IMG/VR virus record: IMGVR_UViG_3300027985_001212 | Source: an uncultured virus (IMG/VR IMGVR_UViG_3300027985_001212) | Taxonomy: Duplodnaviria > Heunggongvirae > Uroviricota > Caudoviricetes | DNA: 64,000 nt | Reading direction: 5' to 3' (one strand) | Shown: positions 1 through 9,237 of the stretch, in pieces | Layout: each line of letters begins with the position of its first letter | Position numbering within the stretch: position 1 is the first letter of the stretch | Position numbers and translations under genes: made by a program | The notes under the pieces: model-generated | What the model saw: only the letters and a program-made list of their open reading frames with translations | What the model was told of the DNA's origin: nothing | The model's database searches: none

Positions 1-219
1 TAAATATATTAAATAAATTAAAACGCGCGTGTGTGCGCGCCCGCGCGCGCCCGCGCCTCTGTAAGTCATAAGACTTTTTGAAAAAATGTCGAGTTGAGTT
101 TACCATGGTATGCTCGAAACACGCTGGCGGGGAAGTACGTAAAAAAATACTTGCTAACCCCCATGGTGTGTTAGAAAACACCCCATGACGTAAAACTTTA
201 CGCACTTGGGGTACGTTGT

Positions 220-586
220 GGTTGGATCGGGATTAACCCTTGGCTGGCACCAGGCGGGTACACCCGAAACATAACCGAGACGTCACGCCCCACGGTGAGG
301 GGTCCTCGGCGCAAGCGTCCGCTGAGGGTTTGGGGCGTGTCTCGGTATCACCTGAGGTGCACCACTAGGCTGGCCGATATGGTCTGCAATCGGCTCTCCC
401 TGGCTCGGAGGTTGTAGATCTCTGGGATAGTCGCCTGGTTTGGTGTGTGTGCACAGGTGGGCATGGTGCGTCCCTACCCCTGCTCGATACCGCATAAGCG
501 GCAATGGTGTGATCCCTTCGCTGGGTAGGGTTCACATGGCTGCTAGGCGGGTGGGGGTAAGTGAGCCGCCAGGGCCCGATCCAACC
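220..586 (+). ncRNA. Candidate large structured non-coding RNA (~370 nt), family unknown
   Basis: Perfect 12-bp closing helix 220-231 (GGTTGGATCGGG) / 575-586 (CCCGATCCAACC). Nested helices: 237-240/571-574, 247-252/464-469, 274-280/340-346, 284-292/331-339, 304-311/320-327, 349-354/454-459, 365-370/433-438, 372-378/389-395, 475-486/548-559, 490-493/498-501, 507-517/527-537. Many G-U pairs work only on the + strand. No credible ORF; terminator hairpin follows at 603-640. Folded by eye. Confidence 0.65.
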
Positions 587-602
587 TTCCCTATTTTTGA
601 CC

Positions 603-640
603 CATAACGACCCTCCCTCTGGGGGAGGGGGTTATGCCGC
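603..640 (+). terminator. Hairpin terminator with TATGCCG tail
   Basis: CATAAC..CCCTCCC / GGGAGGG..GTTATG stem running into TATGCCG (633-639), directly after the structured region. Confidence 0.7.
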
Positions 641-652
641 GCTGTATAATAA

Positions 653-668
653 TTCAATCCTGTATTAC
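653..668 (+). promoter_or_regulatory. Putative early (virion RNAP) promoter TTCA-N4-TGTATTAC
   Basis: Variant of the phiKZ early promoter core TATATTAC, with the same upstream TTCA and 4-nt spacer seen at other sites in this window. Confidence 0.6.
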
Positions 669-728
669 TATTAGGTATATGTGCGTTAATTACACTCGGC
701 TTTTTTAACCTGATGAGGTATCCCCCTA

Positions 729-1253
729 ATGGATTTTTCAGAATTTGAACGTGAAGCGGAACTGTATGTCGGAACCAAGGAAATTATGGCGACGCCGATG
801 GATTCTATCGCCTGGGCGATCATGGCCAATAAGACCTATGACGCCGACCGAAGCGCCATACCGGGTTTCGCGGTGATGTATCTCAACAGCGATGATGCTA
901 ACCTTCCGGGCTATCCGCATTACGTGAGCTGGTCGCCGGCTAAAACCTTTGAAGAGGCGTATCACAAGAATGGTGAACTGACCGGCATGCAGGCGCTGAG
1001 TATGCTGAAGTACGGCTATAAAGCCTACTATACTCCGGCCGGGGTGGGAGGTTACTATGTGTACAAAGCAGCCGACGGCGAAACCGTCTACGTGCACCGT
1101 AACGGACGCACGACGGAAAAAGCATCCGTCCTGGTGGACTTGCTGCTCAAACCCGAATGGGCTATTGAAAAGATCCGTAAAGAAGATGGCCTGGTAGAAG
1201 ATACTTACGGACAGTTAGGGTCGATCGATATTACCTCTTCTGGCAACGTTTAA
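729..1253 (+). CDS. Hypothetical protein, probably early
   Basis: 174-aa ORF with GAGG RBS, between an early promoter motif and a terminator. Confidence 0.7.
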   Translation: MDFSEFEREAELYVGTKEIMATPMDSIAWAIMANKTYDADRSAIPGFAVMYLNSDDANLPGYPHYVSWSPAKTFEEAYHKNGELTGMQALSMLKYGYKAYYTPAGVGGYYVYKAADGETVYVHRNGRTTEKASVLVDLLLKPEWAIEKIRKEDGLVEDTYGQLGSIDITSSGNV

Positions 1254-1268
1254 CGCTGCCTAATACGG

Positions 1269-1300
1269 CGGCATAAAGCCCTTCCCACCTGGGAGAGGGC
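1269..1300 (-). terminator. Hairpin terminator with TATGCCG tail, between convergent genes
   Basis: Minus strand reads GCCCTCTCCC-AGGT-GGGAAGGGC-TTTATGCCG. Confidence 0.7.
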
Positions 1301-1313
1301 TGGGGGAGTGAGT

Positions 1314-2123
1314 TTATCCTCGAGACCGAGGGGCGACGATCGACCGCAAATGGTTTGCTTTTTGTACCGGGTCATCCATCAGGGCGGTCACCGACCAGGT
1401 TTCTTTAAGCATATCCGTATACATGGCGTGTGCATCGCTATAGGAGCTGATAATATCCTGCACATAGGACATCTCAGCGCCCCCCGATAAGCGACCGTGA
1501 GCATACTTCTTGTTGAGTCGATGGTAACATACCGCTTTCGCCATCAACACACAGAGTTCACTGAACGCGGTCCAGGTGCGTGGCGATAACTCACTCAGGT
1601 TTTCACTGTAGGCAACGATCACCCGTAAACTGCATTCACTGAAGTTATACGGCATCGCACGAAACCACACCGTGTAGTCGTCGACGCGCCGCGCCGTGTT
1701 CTCTTCCATCTGCAACGGCCCCATCAAGGCATTGGTCATGTTCGTGATGGCTTCAGAAATACCGACCCGGGGGATGTTGGTGTAACCGTCCTGGTTAGCA
1801 TACCGGGTAATGTCCGTATACTCCAACGCGAGGATGCTGGTGATTCCGCGCCCCTGTGTCCGTGCCCGTGGGATCTTAAAGAGACAACTGTCATCTTCAA
1901 GGATCTCCGGTGTAAGTCCGCGTAAAGGAATACGCATTTCACGACCATTATGTCCATTAATATCCGGGAGGACTTGTGCCCGAATGACGTCTTCGGTAAT
2001 TCGCGCATCTAATGTATAGGAACCGTAGTTGACAAACTGGGTGTTTGACATAAACGCATCCATTAGGATAACATCATCGATCACCAACTTAATATCTTTG
2101 ATTGCTTTGGATATGGCATCCAT
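1314..2123 (-). CDS. Conserved virion structural protein (phiKZ gp32-like)
   Basis: 269 aa with GGAG RBS; N-terminus MDAISKAIKDIK resembles the gp32 family; divergent from the tubulin gene as in phiKZ-like phages. Confidence 0.6.
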   Translation of the reverse strand: MDAISKAIKDIKLVIDDVILMDAFMSNTQFVNYGSYTLDARITEDVIRAQVLPDINGHNGREMRIPLRGLTPEILEDDSCLFKIPRARTQGRGITSILALEYTDITRYANQDGYTNIPRVGISEAITNMTNALMGPLQMEENTARRVDDYTVWFRAMPYNFSECSLRVIVAYSENLSELSPRTWTAFSELCVLMAKAVCYHRLNKKYAHGRLSGGAEMSYVQDIISSYSDAHAMYTDMLKETWSVTALMDDPVQKANHLRSIVAPRSRG

Positions 2124-2197
2124 CGTAATTAGCTCCGTTTAAACGTTCTCCGAGGATCATAAGTTTCGCCTCACTACCCTTAAAAAGAGGAAGACCC

Positions 2198-3178
2198 ATG
2201 CAGTCACGTAAAGAAGTACGCATCTATGCCTGCGGCGGCACCGGTATTAAAGTGGTGTCTCAGCTGCACGCCTCCAATCTGGACGACACAAATATCGCCG
2301 AGATGCTGCCCGTCTATCTGGATACCAGCCGGTCTGATTTCAGTGAGAAGACCCCACCCGACCACTGCTATGTCGTTCACGACCGCAATGGTGAAGAGAT
2401 CAAAGGCAAGGGTAAGCAACGCGTGGGGGTGACTGAGATCACCGAGGCGATACCGGGATTTCTGTCTAAGTTCCCCCCGACCGAAGTCAACCTCGTCGTG
2501 TTCTCACTGTCCGGCGGCACGGGCTCCACGGCAGGACCGTTGTTGTTGAAAGAGCTAGGGGAACGTAATGTACAGGCGATCGCGATCGTGGTGGGGTCAG
2601 GTGAATCGCTTATCACCGTCAACAACTCCTTTGCGGCCCTGCACTCCATGAACAATATCGCCGAGATGCTCGGCCGTACGCAGCTGATTTCGTATCACTA
2701 CGGGCGTAACGGGATCGAAGCGGATGAACAGATGACCTACGTCATTCTGGGACTGCTGACCCTGCTGTCGGGGATGAACGGAAGTCTCGATGAAATCGAT
2801 GTAGCGAACTGGGTGCAGAGTGAACGCGTGACGACGATCGAACCCGGTCTGGTTACCTTTCAGCTGATGAACGACACCAGCCAAGTCAATAACCTGGAGT
2901 CAGTGATCTCGATCGCGTCGATCTACAAATCGAAGAGCTGTCAGCGGGTGGAGGTCTTTAACGAATACTTGACCGAAGGGTTCTGTGATGGCCTGGGGAG
3001 TGTGGATGATGTATATCACTTCCTGATCACTAACCTGGGTATCAAGGAGGCCTTTGACCGTACGCAGGCCCTGCGTGAAGAGATGGTCGAACGTCAGGCG
3101 CGTAATCCGAGTCGCGAGCGCCAGCAACTGAGCCGTGTGTCAGGTATCACGGTAGACGATAGCGGGATGGTCTTTTGA
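2198..3178 (+). CDS. phuZ: PhuZ phage tubulin (spindle protein)
   Basis: Tubulin/FtsZ motifs YACGGTG, LDTS and SLSGGTGS; PhuZ-type C-terminal tail ITVDDSGMVF; 326 aa; GAGG RBS. Confidence 0.92.
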   Translation: MQSRKEVRIYACGGTGIKVVSQLHASNLDDTNIAEMLPVYLDTSRSDFSEKTPPDHCYVVHDRNGEEIKGKGKQRVGVTEITEAIPGFLSKFPPTEVNLVVFSLSGGTGSTAGPLLLKELGERNVQAIAIVVGSGESLITVNNSFAALHSMNNIAEMLGRTQLISYHYGRNGIEADEQMTYVILGLLTLLSGMNGSLDEIDVANWVQSERVTTIEPGLVTFQLMNDTSQVNNLESVISIASIYKSKSCQRVEVFNEYLTEGFCDGLGSVDDVYHFLITNLGIKEAFDRTQALREEMVERQARNPSRERQQLSRVSGITVDDSGMVF

Positions 3179-3381
3179 TCACCCTCTATCGGTGTGAGCG
3201 GTGTAATACCGTGGATGATCTCCAGGCGACACCGCAGCCACTCCACGGCCCTTACCTATGTGGTGATTGCCAAATCCCACCCACGGGCTGGCATCATCTC
3301 TTTCCTAAAACGTCCTACAACCCCGAGGTCCATACCGTGATAAATCCACGGCCGGGGACGGTGCAGGCGACCTGTGACTGA
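3175..3381 (+). CDS. Small zinc-ribbon protein
   Basis: CERC...CGDC pairs plus a WHHLFPK motif; 4-nt overlap with the phuZ stop suggests translational coupling. Confidence 0.6.
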   Translation: MITLYRCERCNTVDDLQATPQPLHGPYLCGDCQIPPTGWHHLFPKTSYNPEVHTVINPRPGTVQATCD

Positions 3382-3383
3382 GG

Positions 3384-3611
3384 ATGATTATGGTTATCCG
3401 ATTAGTTGGATGGCTCTACGGGTTACTAGGCGCCCTAGAGTTTGATCCATTCACCCGACTGATTACGCACTTTTCGAGAAGCTACCGACATAACAAGTTA
3501 GGTTATGTTAATCAGCCTTTCCTCGATCGCTACAGTGCTTTAATCAGTCTCCTCGCCTCAGGGCGACTCCGGCACGATGCCGCTACGCACGTTTTTGGGA
3601 CGTGTCTGTAG
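3384..3611 (+). CDS. Small hypothetical protein
   Basis: 75-aa ORF following the previous gene; weak support. Confidence 0.3.
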   Translation: MIMVIRLVGWLYGLLGALEFDPFTRLITHFSRSYRHNKLGYVNQPFLDRYSALISLLASGRLRHDAATHVFGTCL

Positions 3612-3639
3612 CCTAGCGATAAACTGTCAAGCTGACTGG

Positions 3640-3677
3640 GTATCCATCCCGTGATAATACGGGATGGATACTATGAC
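3640..3677 (+). terminator. Hairpin terminator
   Basis: 13-bp perfect stem GTATCCATCCCGT / ACGGGATGGATAC, then TATGAC and a nearby T-run. Confidence 0.65.
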
Positions 3678-3748
3678 ACATTGTTTTTTTTTTTACCTTT
3701 CACTGGAAAGGTTTAACGCCAATTATGCATAGCGACAAGGAGTCCGCC

Positions 3749-3976
3749 ATGTCTACACATAAAGTGGGCGCGTACACCCTTTCTGGTGCTGCGTACGATG
3801 TCTTCCACAAACTTTACTTTTACGGCCCCCAGCGAGATGGGGATTTACCCAGCAAAGCGGGGTTCTATGAACTGGTTGAGCTAGAGTTAGCTCAAACGGA
3901 CGACAGTTTGGGTGATAGCCACAACCAGTTAGTGGACGCCGGGATGGTACTGGGGCGTACGATCTTTGGCGCTTAG
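3749..3976 (+). CDS. Small hypothetical protein
   Basis: AAGGAG RBS before ATG 3749; contains GPQRDGDLPSKAG. Confidence 0.6.
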   Translation: MSTHKVGAYTLSGAAYDVFHKLYFYGPQRDGDLPSKAGFYELVELELAQTDDSLGDSHNQLVDAGMVLGRTIFGA

Positions 3977-4041
3977 TCGTCTCAGTGTCGCCCGATCTTA
4001 TGTATCAGACCAACCACCACCCAACGGTATAGGCAGCCACT

Positions 4042-6048
4042 ATGGACAGCACCTTGATCGATCAGGCGTATCACTACGGCACTGATCAACTTACCCAATA
4101 CATGACCCAGTTAACGACACTGAAATCGAGTCTTCAGGCCGATAGTGTCTCCAGTGAATTCGCAGTTAAAGTCTTTAACGCGTTGTACCCCGACGAAGTG
4201 AGCCTACAGTTGCAGGTTGACCCCAACAAAGAAGCCGTGTTGTATGATATCGATCGTCGCCTGGAAGTGTCTGCACAGAGTCTCAACAGCGGCTTTTTAG
4301 GTTTCCTGCGGCGCTACGGTCAGTCGCTGGCGGGAACCTTCAAAACAAACAGTGGGATCATTAGAAACCTGCGGGATTTGCGGGATAAAGTGGCAAGTCA
4401 GCTGGATGCTGATATTAACGATACGAAAATGGCGATGAACGGACTGGGTGAGCTGCAGTTCAACGGCAAGCTCGACCTGAACAGCATGAACGAAGGCCTA
4501 CTCGCCATGGAGCGCCTCGTCACTGGGTTCTTCGAGGATTTTGTGCCGGCCTCTAACATCATTAACATCATCGCGCTGGAGGTCATGCAGAATACCCCCG
4601 CGAATAACATGATGCGGGGCTATCGGGAAGCCGTTAAAAACGCGTACGCTAAGCACGCTAAAGCGGTCGATAAAATGATGGAAAGCTACCGCGATATGCA
4701 GCTGCATGTGGTCTCAGGTGATCGCCAGCTGCGCGCCGTCGAAGCGGAAGATGAAAACGGCAATACGTACATTTACACGACGTTCGTCCGGGTGCGTAAT
4801 GCAACCCGTGATACCTCAATCCAGACCCCCACGCCGCAGCAGGTCTTGACCCTTATCGACACCACGCTGCGGATCGCTGTATTTTACGAGTCGCGGGTTG
4901 CTGTTATCCGGAAAATCATTGAGGAAACGGAAGCGATCGTCGAAAAAATGGAAGACGACTGGTTCAACAAAGATGGTCGTTTTAAACGGTATTTCATTCT
5001 GCTTAATCAGCGTACTGAAGCCTACGGCAACATCAACCTGCGCACCGACATGGTCCGTTGGGTGACAGCCACGACGATCAGCGTCGGTAAGTTTGTTGAG
5101 CGACTGGCCAACAATACGCTGAGGAACTACACCCCAAAGCCGATTAGCCTCCAGTATCTGGAGGCCTCCCATCTGTTCGATGAAGACAGTGAACTCGACG
5201 TCAGTGCGCAGTCTCTGTTTTCTGATATCGGCGATTGGTTTGGACGTAAGATGGAATCGTCCGCCGATAAAGGGCGTACGTTCAAAGAACGTGTGGCTGA
5301 ACTGAAAGCACTCGGTGCTGACATAAACAAACTGACGACGAACCAGAAACCCTCGCGTGAGACGATTAGTTTCGAATCGGTTAATCAGATCCAGTTCAAC
5401 GGATCGATCGCCCCGAAAGAACTGATTGCCGGCGCTGAGGCGACGACTGCACTGGTAAAAACGGCATTGGTGGATTATCTCAATACCATGTCAGTGACCT
5501 ATGAAATCGTCGATCAGTGTCTGGACCAAATCAAAGGGTTGGAGGGCGCCGCGGCCGAAGAGAAATACATCGAGGCGATCACCGCCTGGGTGAAAAAGAA
5601 TAAAGCGAAGTTCGATGCTCGTGCAAAAGTCGAGCGTGATCTCTTCTACAAGACAGTGGCCGGTGATTTCTATCTGGAAGATAACCGTCATCGCCCCGGA
5701 CCATCGATCAAATATGGTCGCTCTAAAGCCCCCATCAGTGAAGTACAGGTGCCCACCCCGACCCCGGCTGAATTAAAAGCGTATTATAAGGCACTGATGG
5801 CCGGTGCGCAGCAGAAACCCACCCTCGAAGAGGCGGTCGACGGGATGTTTGATCCGATCACCGAGACAGCGCGTCGGATGAAGGACTCACCGATTGCGAT
5901 TAGTCGTCCCGGTAAAGCCTCGCAAGAGGAGATGGCACGTCAAGTGTATTTTGCACTTGAACTGATCACTAAAATCGTGTTCACTCAGTACGACAGCACC
6001 CAGATTGGTCTGCGGTATGTGCGTAACGCATTAAAAGCCTATCAGTAA
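4042..6048 (+). CDS. Internal head (inner-body family) protein with two tandem units; probable polyprotein
   Basis: Two similar units, each opening with VSAQ-SL and an amphipathic helix and containing LQFNG/IQFNG and (V/I)xGD elements shared with the head proteins at 60963-63414; multiple S-x-Q sites. Confidence 0.65.
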   Translation: MDSTLIDQAYHYGTDQLTQYMTQLTTLKSSLQADSVSSEFAVKVFNALYPDEVSLQLQVDPNKEAVLYDIDRRLEVSAQSLNSGFLGFLRRYGQSLAGTFKTNSGIIRNLRDLRDKVASQLDADINDTKMAMNGLGELQFNGKLDLNSMNEGLLAMERLVTGFFEDFVPASNIINIIALEVMQNTPANNMMRGYREAVKNAYAKHAKAVDKMMESYRDMQLHVVSGDRQLRAVEAEDENGNTYIYTTFVRVRNATRDTSIQTPTPQQVLTLIDTTLRIAVFYESRVAVIRKIIEETEAIVEKMEDDWFNKDGRFKRYFILLNQRTEAYGNINLRTDMVRWVTATTISVGKFVERLANNTLRNYTPKPISLQYLEASHLFDEDSELDVSAQSLFSDIGDWFGRKMESSADKGRTFKERVAELKALGADINKLTTNQKPSRETISFESVNQIQFNGSIAPKELIAGAEATTALVKTALVDYLNTMSVTYEIVDQCLDQIKGLEGAAAEEKYIEAITAWVKKNKAKFDARAKVERDLFYKTVAGDFYLEDNRHRPGPSIKYGRSKAPISEVQVPTPTPAELKAYYKALMAGAQQKPTLEEAVDGMFDPITETARRMKDSPIAISRPGKASQEEMARQVYFALELITKIVFTQYDSTQIGLRYVRNALKAYQ

Positions 6049-6052
6049 AACG

Positions 6053-6099
6053 TATACACCACTCCCGGCGTGGGAGTGGTGTATATACCCTTATGCCCG
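6053..6099 (+). terminator. Hairpin terminator with TATGCCCG tail
   Basis: 14-bp stem TATACACCACTCCC / GGGAGTGGTGTATA, then TTATGCCCG. Confidence 0.7.
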
Positions 6100-6198
6100 T
6101 AAAACGCTCTATTTTGCGCTGTATGGCTTTTTTGTAACGTAAAGCTGTACTGGGAAGGGTAATGCTATAGTAAGTCTCCTAGCTGCCTTCTATCGTCT

Positions 6199-6214
6199 TT
6201 CATTCCTATATTAC
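6199..6214 (+). promoter_or_regulatory. Putative early promoter TTCA-N4-TATATTAC
   Basis: Exact phiKZ early core TATATTAC at 6207-6214, heading a cluster of small genes. Confidence 0.7.
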
Positions 6215-6246
6215 CTATAAGAATCAAGGTTTTGCATGGAGTCATC

Positions 6247-6681
6247 ATGACCACCCCCTTAGTCACTATGGAACCGCCCGCGATAAGGTGTGTTAAACAA
6301 CTGCATCTTAGCATTGTGGAGTACCGTCCTATCTATGCGCATCACCTTCATCCAATCACCGAAGGTTTGGTAAGGTCACCGAAACATAACCCCAACCATT
6401 ATCCGTTACCCATAGTCCAAGACGGCCTTTTCCGACTTAAAGTGCTGCAAGAGATCAGTGAAAACTTTTCGTTGTCAATCCCCGCCCTGACGTTTCAAGA
6501 CCAGACTGTCTTACCAGTGACTGATGCCCTGCTTCTAGCACTATCACTCTATGAGATACCCAACCACCAAAGTCTGTTCCGGCTGATGGCCCCCCTGTTT
6601 GGTGAGCTAGGTGAGACGCTCTATCGTCATCACCCGCGGTTTCACTTTACACACAGTACACTGAAACTACAGCTCATCTAG
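6247..6681 (+). CDS. Hypothetical protein (early cluster)
   Basis: GGAG RBS before ATG 6247; first gene of a tightly packed + strand cluster. Confidence 0.55.
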   Translation: MTTPLVTMEPPAIRCVKQLHLSIVEYRPIYAHHLHPITEGLVRSPKHNPNHYPLPIVQDGLFRLKVLQEISENFSLSIPALTFQDQTVLPVTDALLLALSLYEIPNHQSLFRLMAPLFGELGETLYRHHPRFHFTHSTLKLQLI

Positions 6682-6692
6682 GGTGACGAGGT

Positions 6693-7076
6693 ATGATACA
6701 GATACGACTTGACATCACCGAACCCAATGCACAATACCGCGATCACCTTACCTCATTTATCGATGAGTTATACAGTGACTGCCTAGCCCAGGGGTTTATA
6801 TTGACCCGCGACAAAATCGCCGAAACCGTGGTTAACTTAAAGATACTGCTCGATCACCTTAATGATGTCGACATGGACTATCGCATTACGGGCCCCGACC
6901 TCGGTATCCCCTGCCACCTGCACAGCTTATTTGTCACCAGTTTATCCCGATATAAATTTCCAGGACAATATAACTTTAATGAACTGATCCGACTGTATAC
7001 GTCTACCGTCGATTATCCAGAACACTGCGCCTTTACGGTTCACCATAATACCCTGAACATTACTTCTCCCTTTTAA
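6693..7076 (+). CDS. Hypothetical protein
   Basis: 127 aa, GAGG immediately upstream, tight packing. Confidence 0.6.
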   Translation: MIQIRLDITEPNAQYRDHLTSFIDELYSDCLAQGFILTRDKIAETVVNLKILLDHLNDVDMDYRITGPDLGIPCHLHSLFVTSLSRYKFPGQYNFNELIRLYTSTVDYPEHCAFTVHHNTLNITSPF

Positions 7077-7091
7077 CCGGAGCATCCTCCC

Positions 7092-7637
7092 ATGTTAACG
7101 ACTGTCAGATTACCGCTCAGTGAACTCGCCGGCCTCACACGCAGTATTTTGGTTAACTATTTTACCTGCTCTGATTCCGGGGGATTAGAAACCTGTGTGC
7201 GGGATATCCTGGATCTGTGCAGTCGTGAGTGTTTTAAGTTTCCCAAATTCACCCCCGCTGAAACCAACCGGGCTGAACGCAATGAGTGCCTCAGTGGGAT
7301 GATTCTCGAATGTCAATTCTTAATCCCTAAACCACTCCCCAACCCGACACGGTATCTACCGACGATCAGTAGTGAGTATCTCGAAGCGGCTGCCCAGTAC
7401 CGGCTCGACATCGCTAAGTTTTGTGACGTTTTTTGGTATGAGGTGATCGAACCGACCATTGAGACCGCCCTACGTTGCATGCTGGAGTCCATCGCTGAAC
7501 AAAATCGAATTGAACTCTCAAACTGGCGTAATATGACCTACATCTTGCGGAGTAATGCAATAATCGTTGAGATTGGGAGTGATTGGCGGATCGATTATTT
7601 CAATAAGCTGTATGCCGAAGGAAAAATTGAAATATGA
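7092..7637 (+). CDS. Hypothetical protein
   Basis: 181 aa, GGAG RBS; stop overlaps next start (ATGA). Confidence 0.65.
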   Translation: MLTTVRLPLSELAGLTRSILVNYFTCSDSGGLETCVRDILDLCSRECFKFPKFTPAETNRAERNECLSGMILECQFLIPKPLPNPTRYLPTISSEYLEAAAQYRLDIAKFCDVFWYEVIEPTIETALRCMLESIAEQNRIELSNWRNMTYILRSNAIIVEIGSDWRIDYFNKLYAEGKIEI

Positions 7638-8083
7638 ACGTAAGTACCGCATTAATCTCCCTGATCGAAGCTAAAGCGATACTCTCCGTCTACATCGAGC
7701 AGCATCTGGATAACCTATTGTTGCAGACCCTTGATATCGAAGAGGCTATCAAATACATCGTAGACGACTGGATCTACCGTGAGACAATGCCGATCAGCAC
7801 GCCGGGACTGGCGCTGCTCACGCGGTATGGATTGCCCAGCGAAGCCGCTGACTTATTACTCACGGATATCCGCCGCCAACTCTATCGATCCTGGCCCCAT
7901 ACGGTCTACGTCATCCGCATTGACTATACAAGCCGGCATGCTATCATTACCTATGCGGACGCCCCCCCGCGCGTTACATTGCCCGCGCCTAAAGCTATAA
8001 CGGCGGAAGATCTGTTTCGACATGAACTGGCACAGGCCGAAGCGGATGGTGATTATATTCCTGAACGTTACCGACACCTTTAA
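7634..8083 (+). CDS. Hypothetical protein
   Basis: 149 aa, coupled to the previous ORF; ends GDYIPERYRHL. Confidence 0.65.
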   Translation: MNVSTALISLIEAKAILSVYIEQHLDNLLLQTLDIEEAIKYIVDDWIYRETMPISTPGLALLTRYGLPSEAADLLLTDIRRQLYRSWPHTVYVIRIDYTSRHAIITYADAPPRVTLPAPKAITAEDLFRHELAQAEADGDYIPERYRHL

Positions 8084-8128
8084 TACGGAATCCTTTCGTG
8101 TGTACTATGCGTCCAGTGAAAACAGAAC

Positions 8129-8752
8129 GTGCCTTTTAACCATGATGATGTTCCGGATAAAACACCCTTTAACACTATGGAGTTTACGTATATGACCCAG
8201 CCCGTACGGAACCCCCTTCCAGTTATCCCGCCCGAAGTAGGGGGGAACTGCCAGACAGTAAACATGCTCTTCAATGTTCGCATGCAACACCATGAGTCCG
8301 TCACCTTAGCCACGAAACTTTTCTATGAACCTAATCCTATCGAGGCCCAGCTGACGCTCTATGAAACTATCTTTTGTTCTATTGCCTATGGCCTGAAGGA
8401 TTATGAATGTGACCCGATCAGTGCATTGGATCATCACTGTTGGCATGAGTTTATTGAATTGGTCACGGCCACTGCGGTCGAGCATATGGGTGAATACATC
8501 GAGCGGCTCAGCCGAGGCGCTATCCCTGACCCAACCATGCATTACTATCCCTTTAATGATACGGAGTTTTACTACATCAGCCGGTTGGTCGAGGATGTGT
8601 TGATCGGTTTACGACCGATTATGCATAGCACCCAGTTTAAACGCCTGGCACCCATGATTTATGAAGTGACCTACCGTGGGCCCAACATCGTAATGATTAC
8701 GTTTCTAATGGACAGTACGGATCTTAATAATGTGTCGATGTGTCGAGGATGA
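8129..8752 (+). CDS. Hypothetical protein
   Basis: 207-aa ORF in the cluster; start uncertain. Confidence 0.6.
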   Translation: MPFNHDDVPDKTPFNTMEFTYMTQPVRNPLPVIPPEVGGNCQTVNMLFNVRMQHHESVTLATKLFYEPNPIEAQLTLYETIFCSIAYGLKDYECDPISALDHHCWHEFIELVTATAVEHMGEYIERLSRGAIPDPTMHYYPFNDTEFYYISRLVEDVLIGLRPIMHSTQFKRLAPMIYEVTYRGPNIVMITFLMDSTDLNNVSMCRG

Positions 8753-8796
8753 CCATCGACCCCCTAACCCCTATGCCGCAAGGAGAGTGATCCCCC

Positions 8797-9219
8797 ATGA
8801 ATCCGAATGAACACCCTATTACAGTGCTACTTCGTTTTGAAGCACACTACACTGAACTGGTCGCTGCCATCGACTCCTTTATCGTGAAGCAGGTGCCTTG
8901 CACGTACACTACCCCAGTTGGGGTTAATGACCAGATGATCATCTGCCGACTCTTTGAGTACCATAAGCTCCTCCGGCGTGAGTTGTTCGAAACAATCATC
9001 GGAATGCTGTTAGCTGAACAAAATCGAGTAACGATTACACGGGATGTCTTTCTGCCGAAGTATGTACAGGCGGAGGACTGCCACGCCTTCATGGATGAAT
9101 ATAAAGGCTCAGTGGCTAGAATTCGTGAATGGTCCCGTCCCCATCAACCCCTTATTAGTCGCCATCCTCGTTGGGTCATTGCGACCTCCAGCGCGATGGT
9201 CCGGTTGCGAACCTATTAG
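8797..9219 (+). CDS. Hypothetical protein
   Basis: 140 aa, AAGGAG upstream. Confidence 0.6.
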   Translation: MNPNEHPITVLLRFEAHYTELVAAIDSFIVKQVPCTYTTPVGVNDQMIICRLFEYHKLLRRELFETIIGMLLAEQNRVTITRDVFLPKYVQAEDCHAFMDEYKGSVARIREWSRPHQPLISRHPRWVIATSSAMVRLRTY

Positions 9220-9237
9220 GATTGGAGCCTAGTCCCT

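Noticed and set aside
283..504. 73-aa minus-strand ORF in the structured region
   Set aside because: No RBS, non-ATG start and Pro/His/Arg-rich junk composition; the region is better explained by + strand RNA structure.
220..586. Identification of the structured RNA as RNase P RNA, tmRNA or a group I intron
   Set aside because: Size fits, but the RNase P P4 consensus and tmRNA tRNA-like ends are absent on both strands. GGGATAGTC (424-432) only loosely resembles the group I S element, and there are no flanking exons.
3995..4005. TATG late-promoter cores upstream of structural genes (also near 2158, 49680, 62073)
   Set aside because: Plausible by analogy with phiKZ, but a 4-nt motif is too common to call without TSS data.
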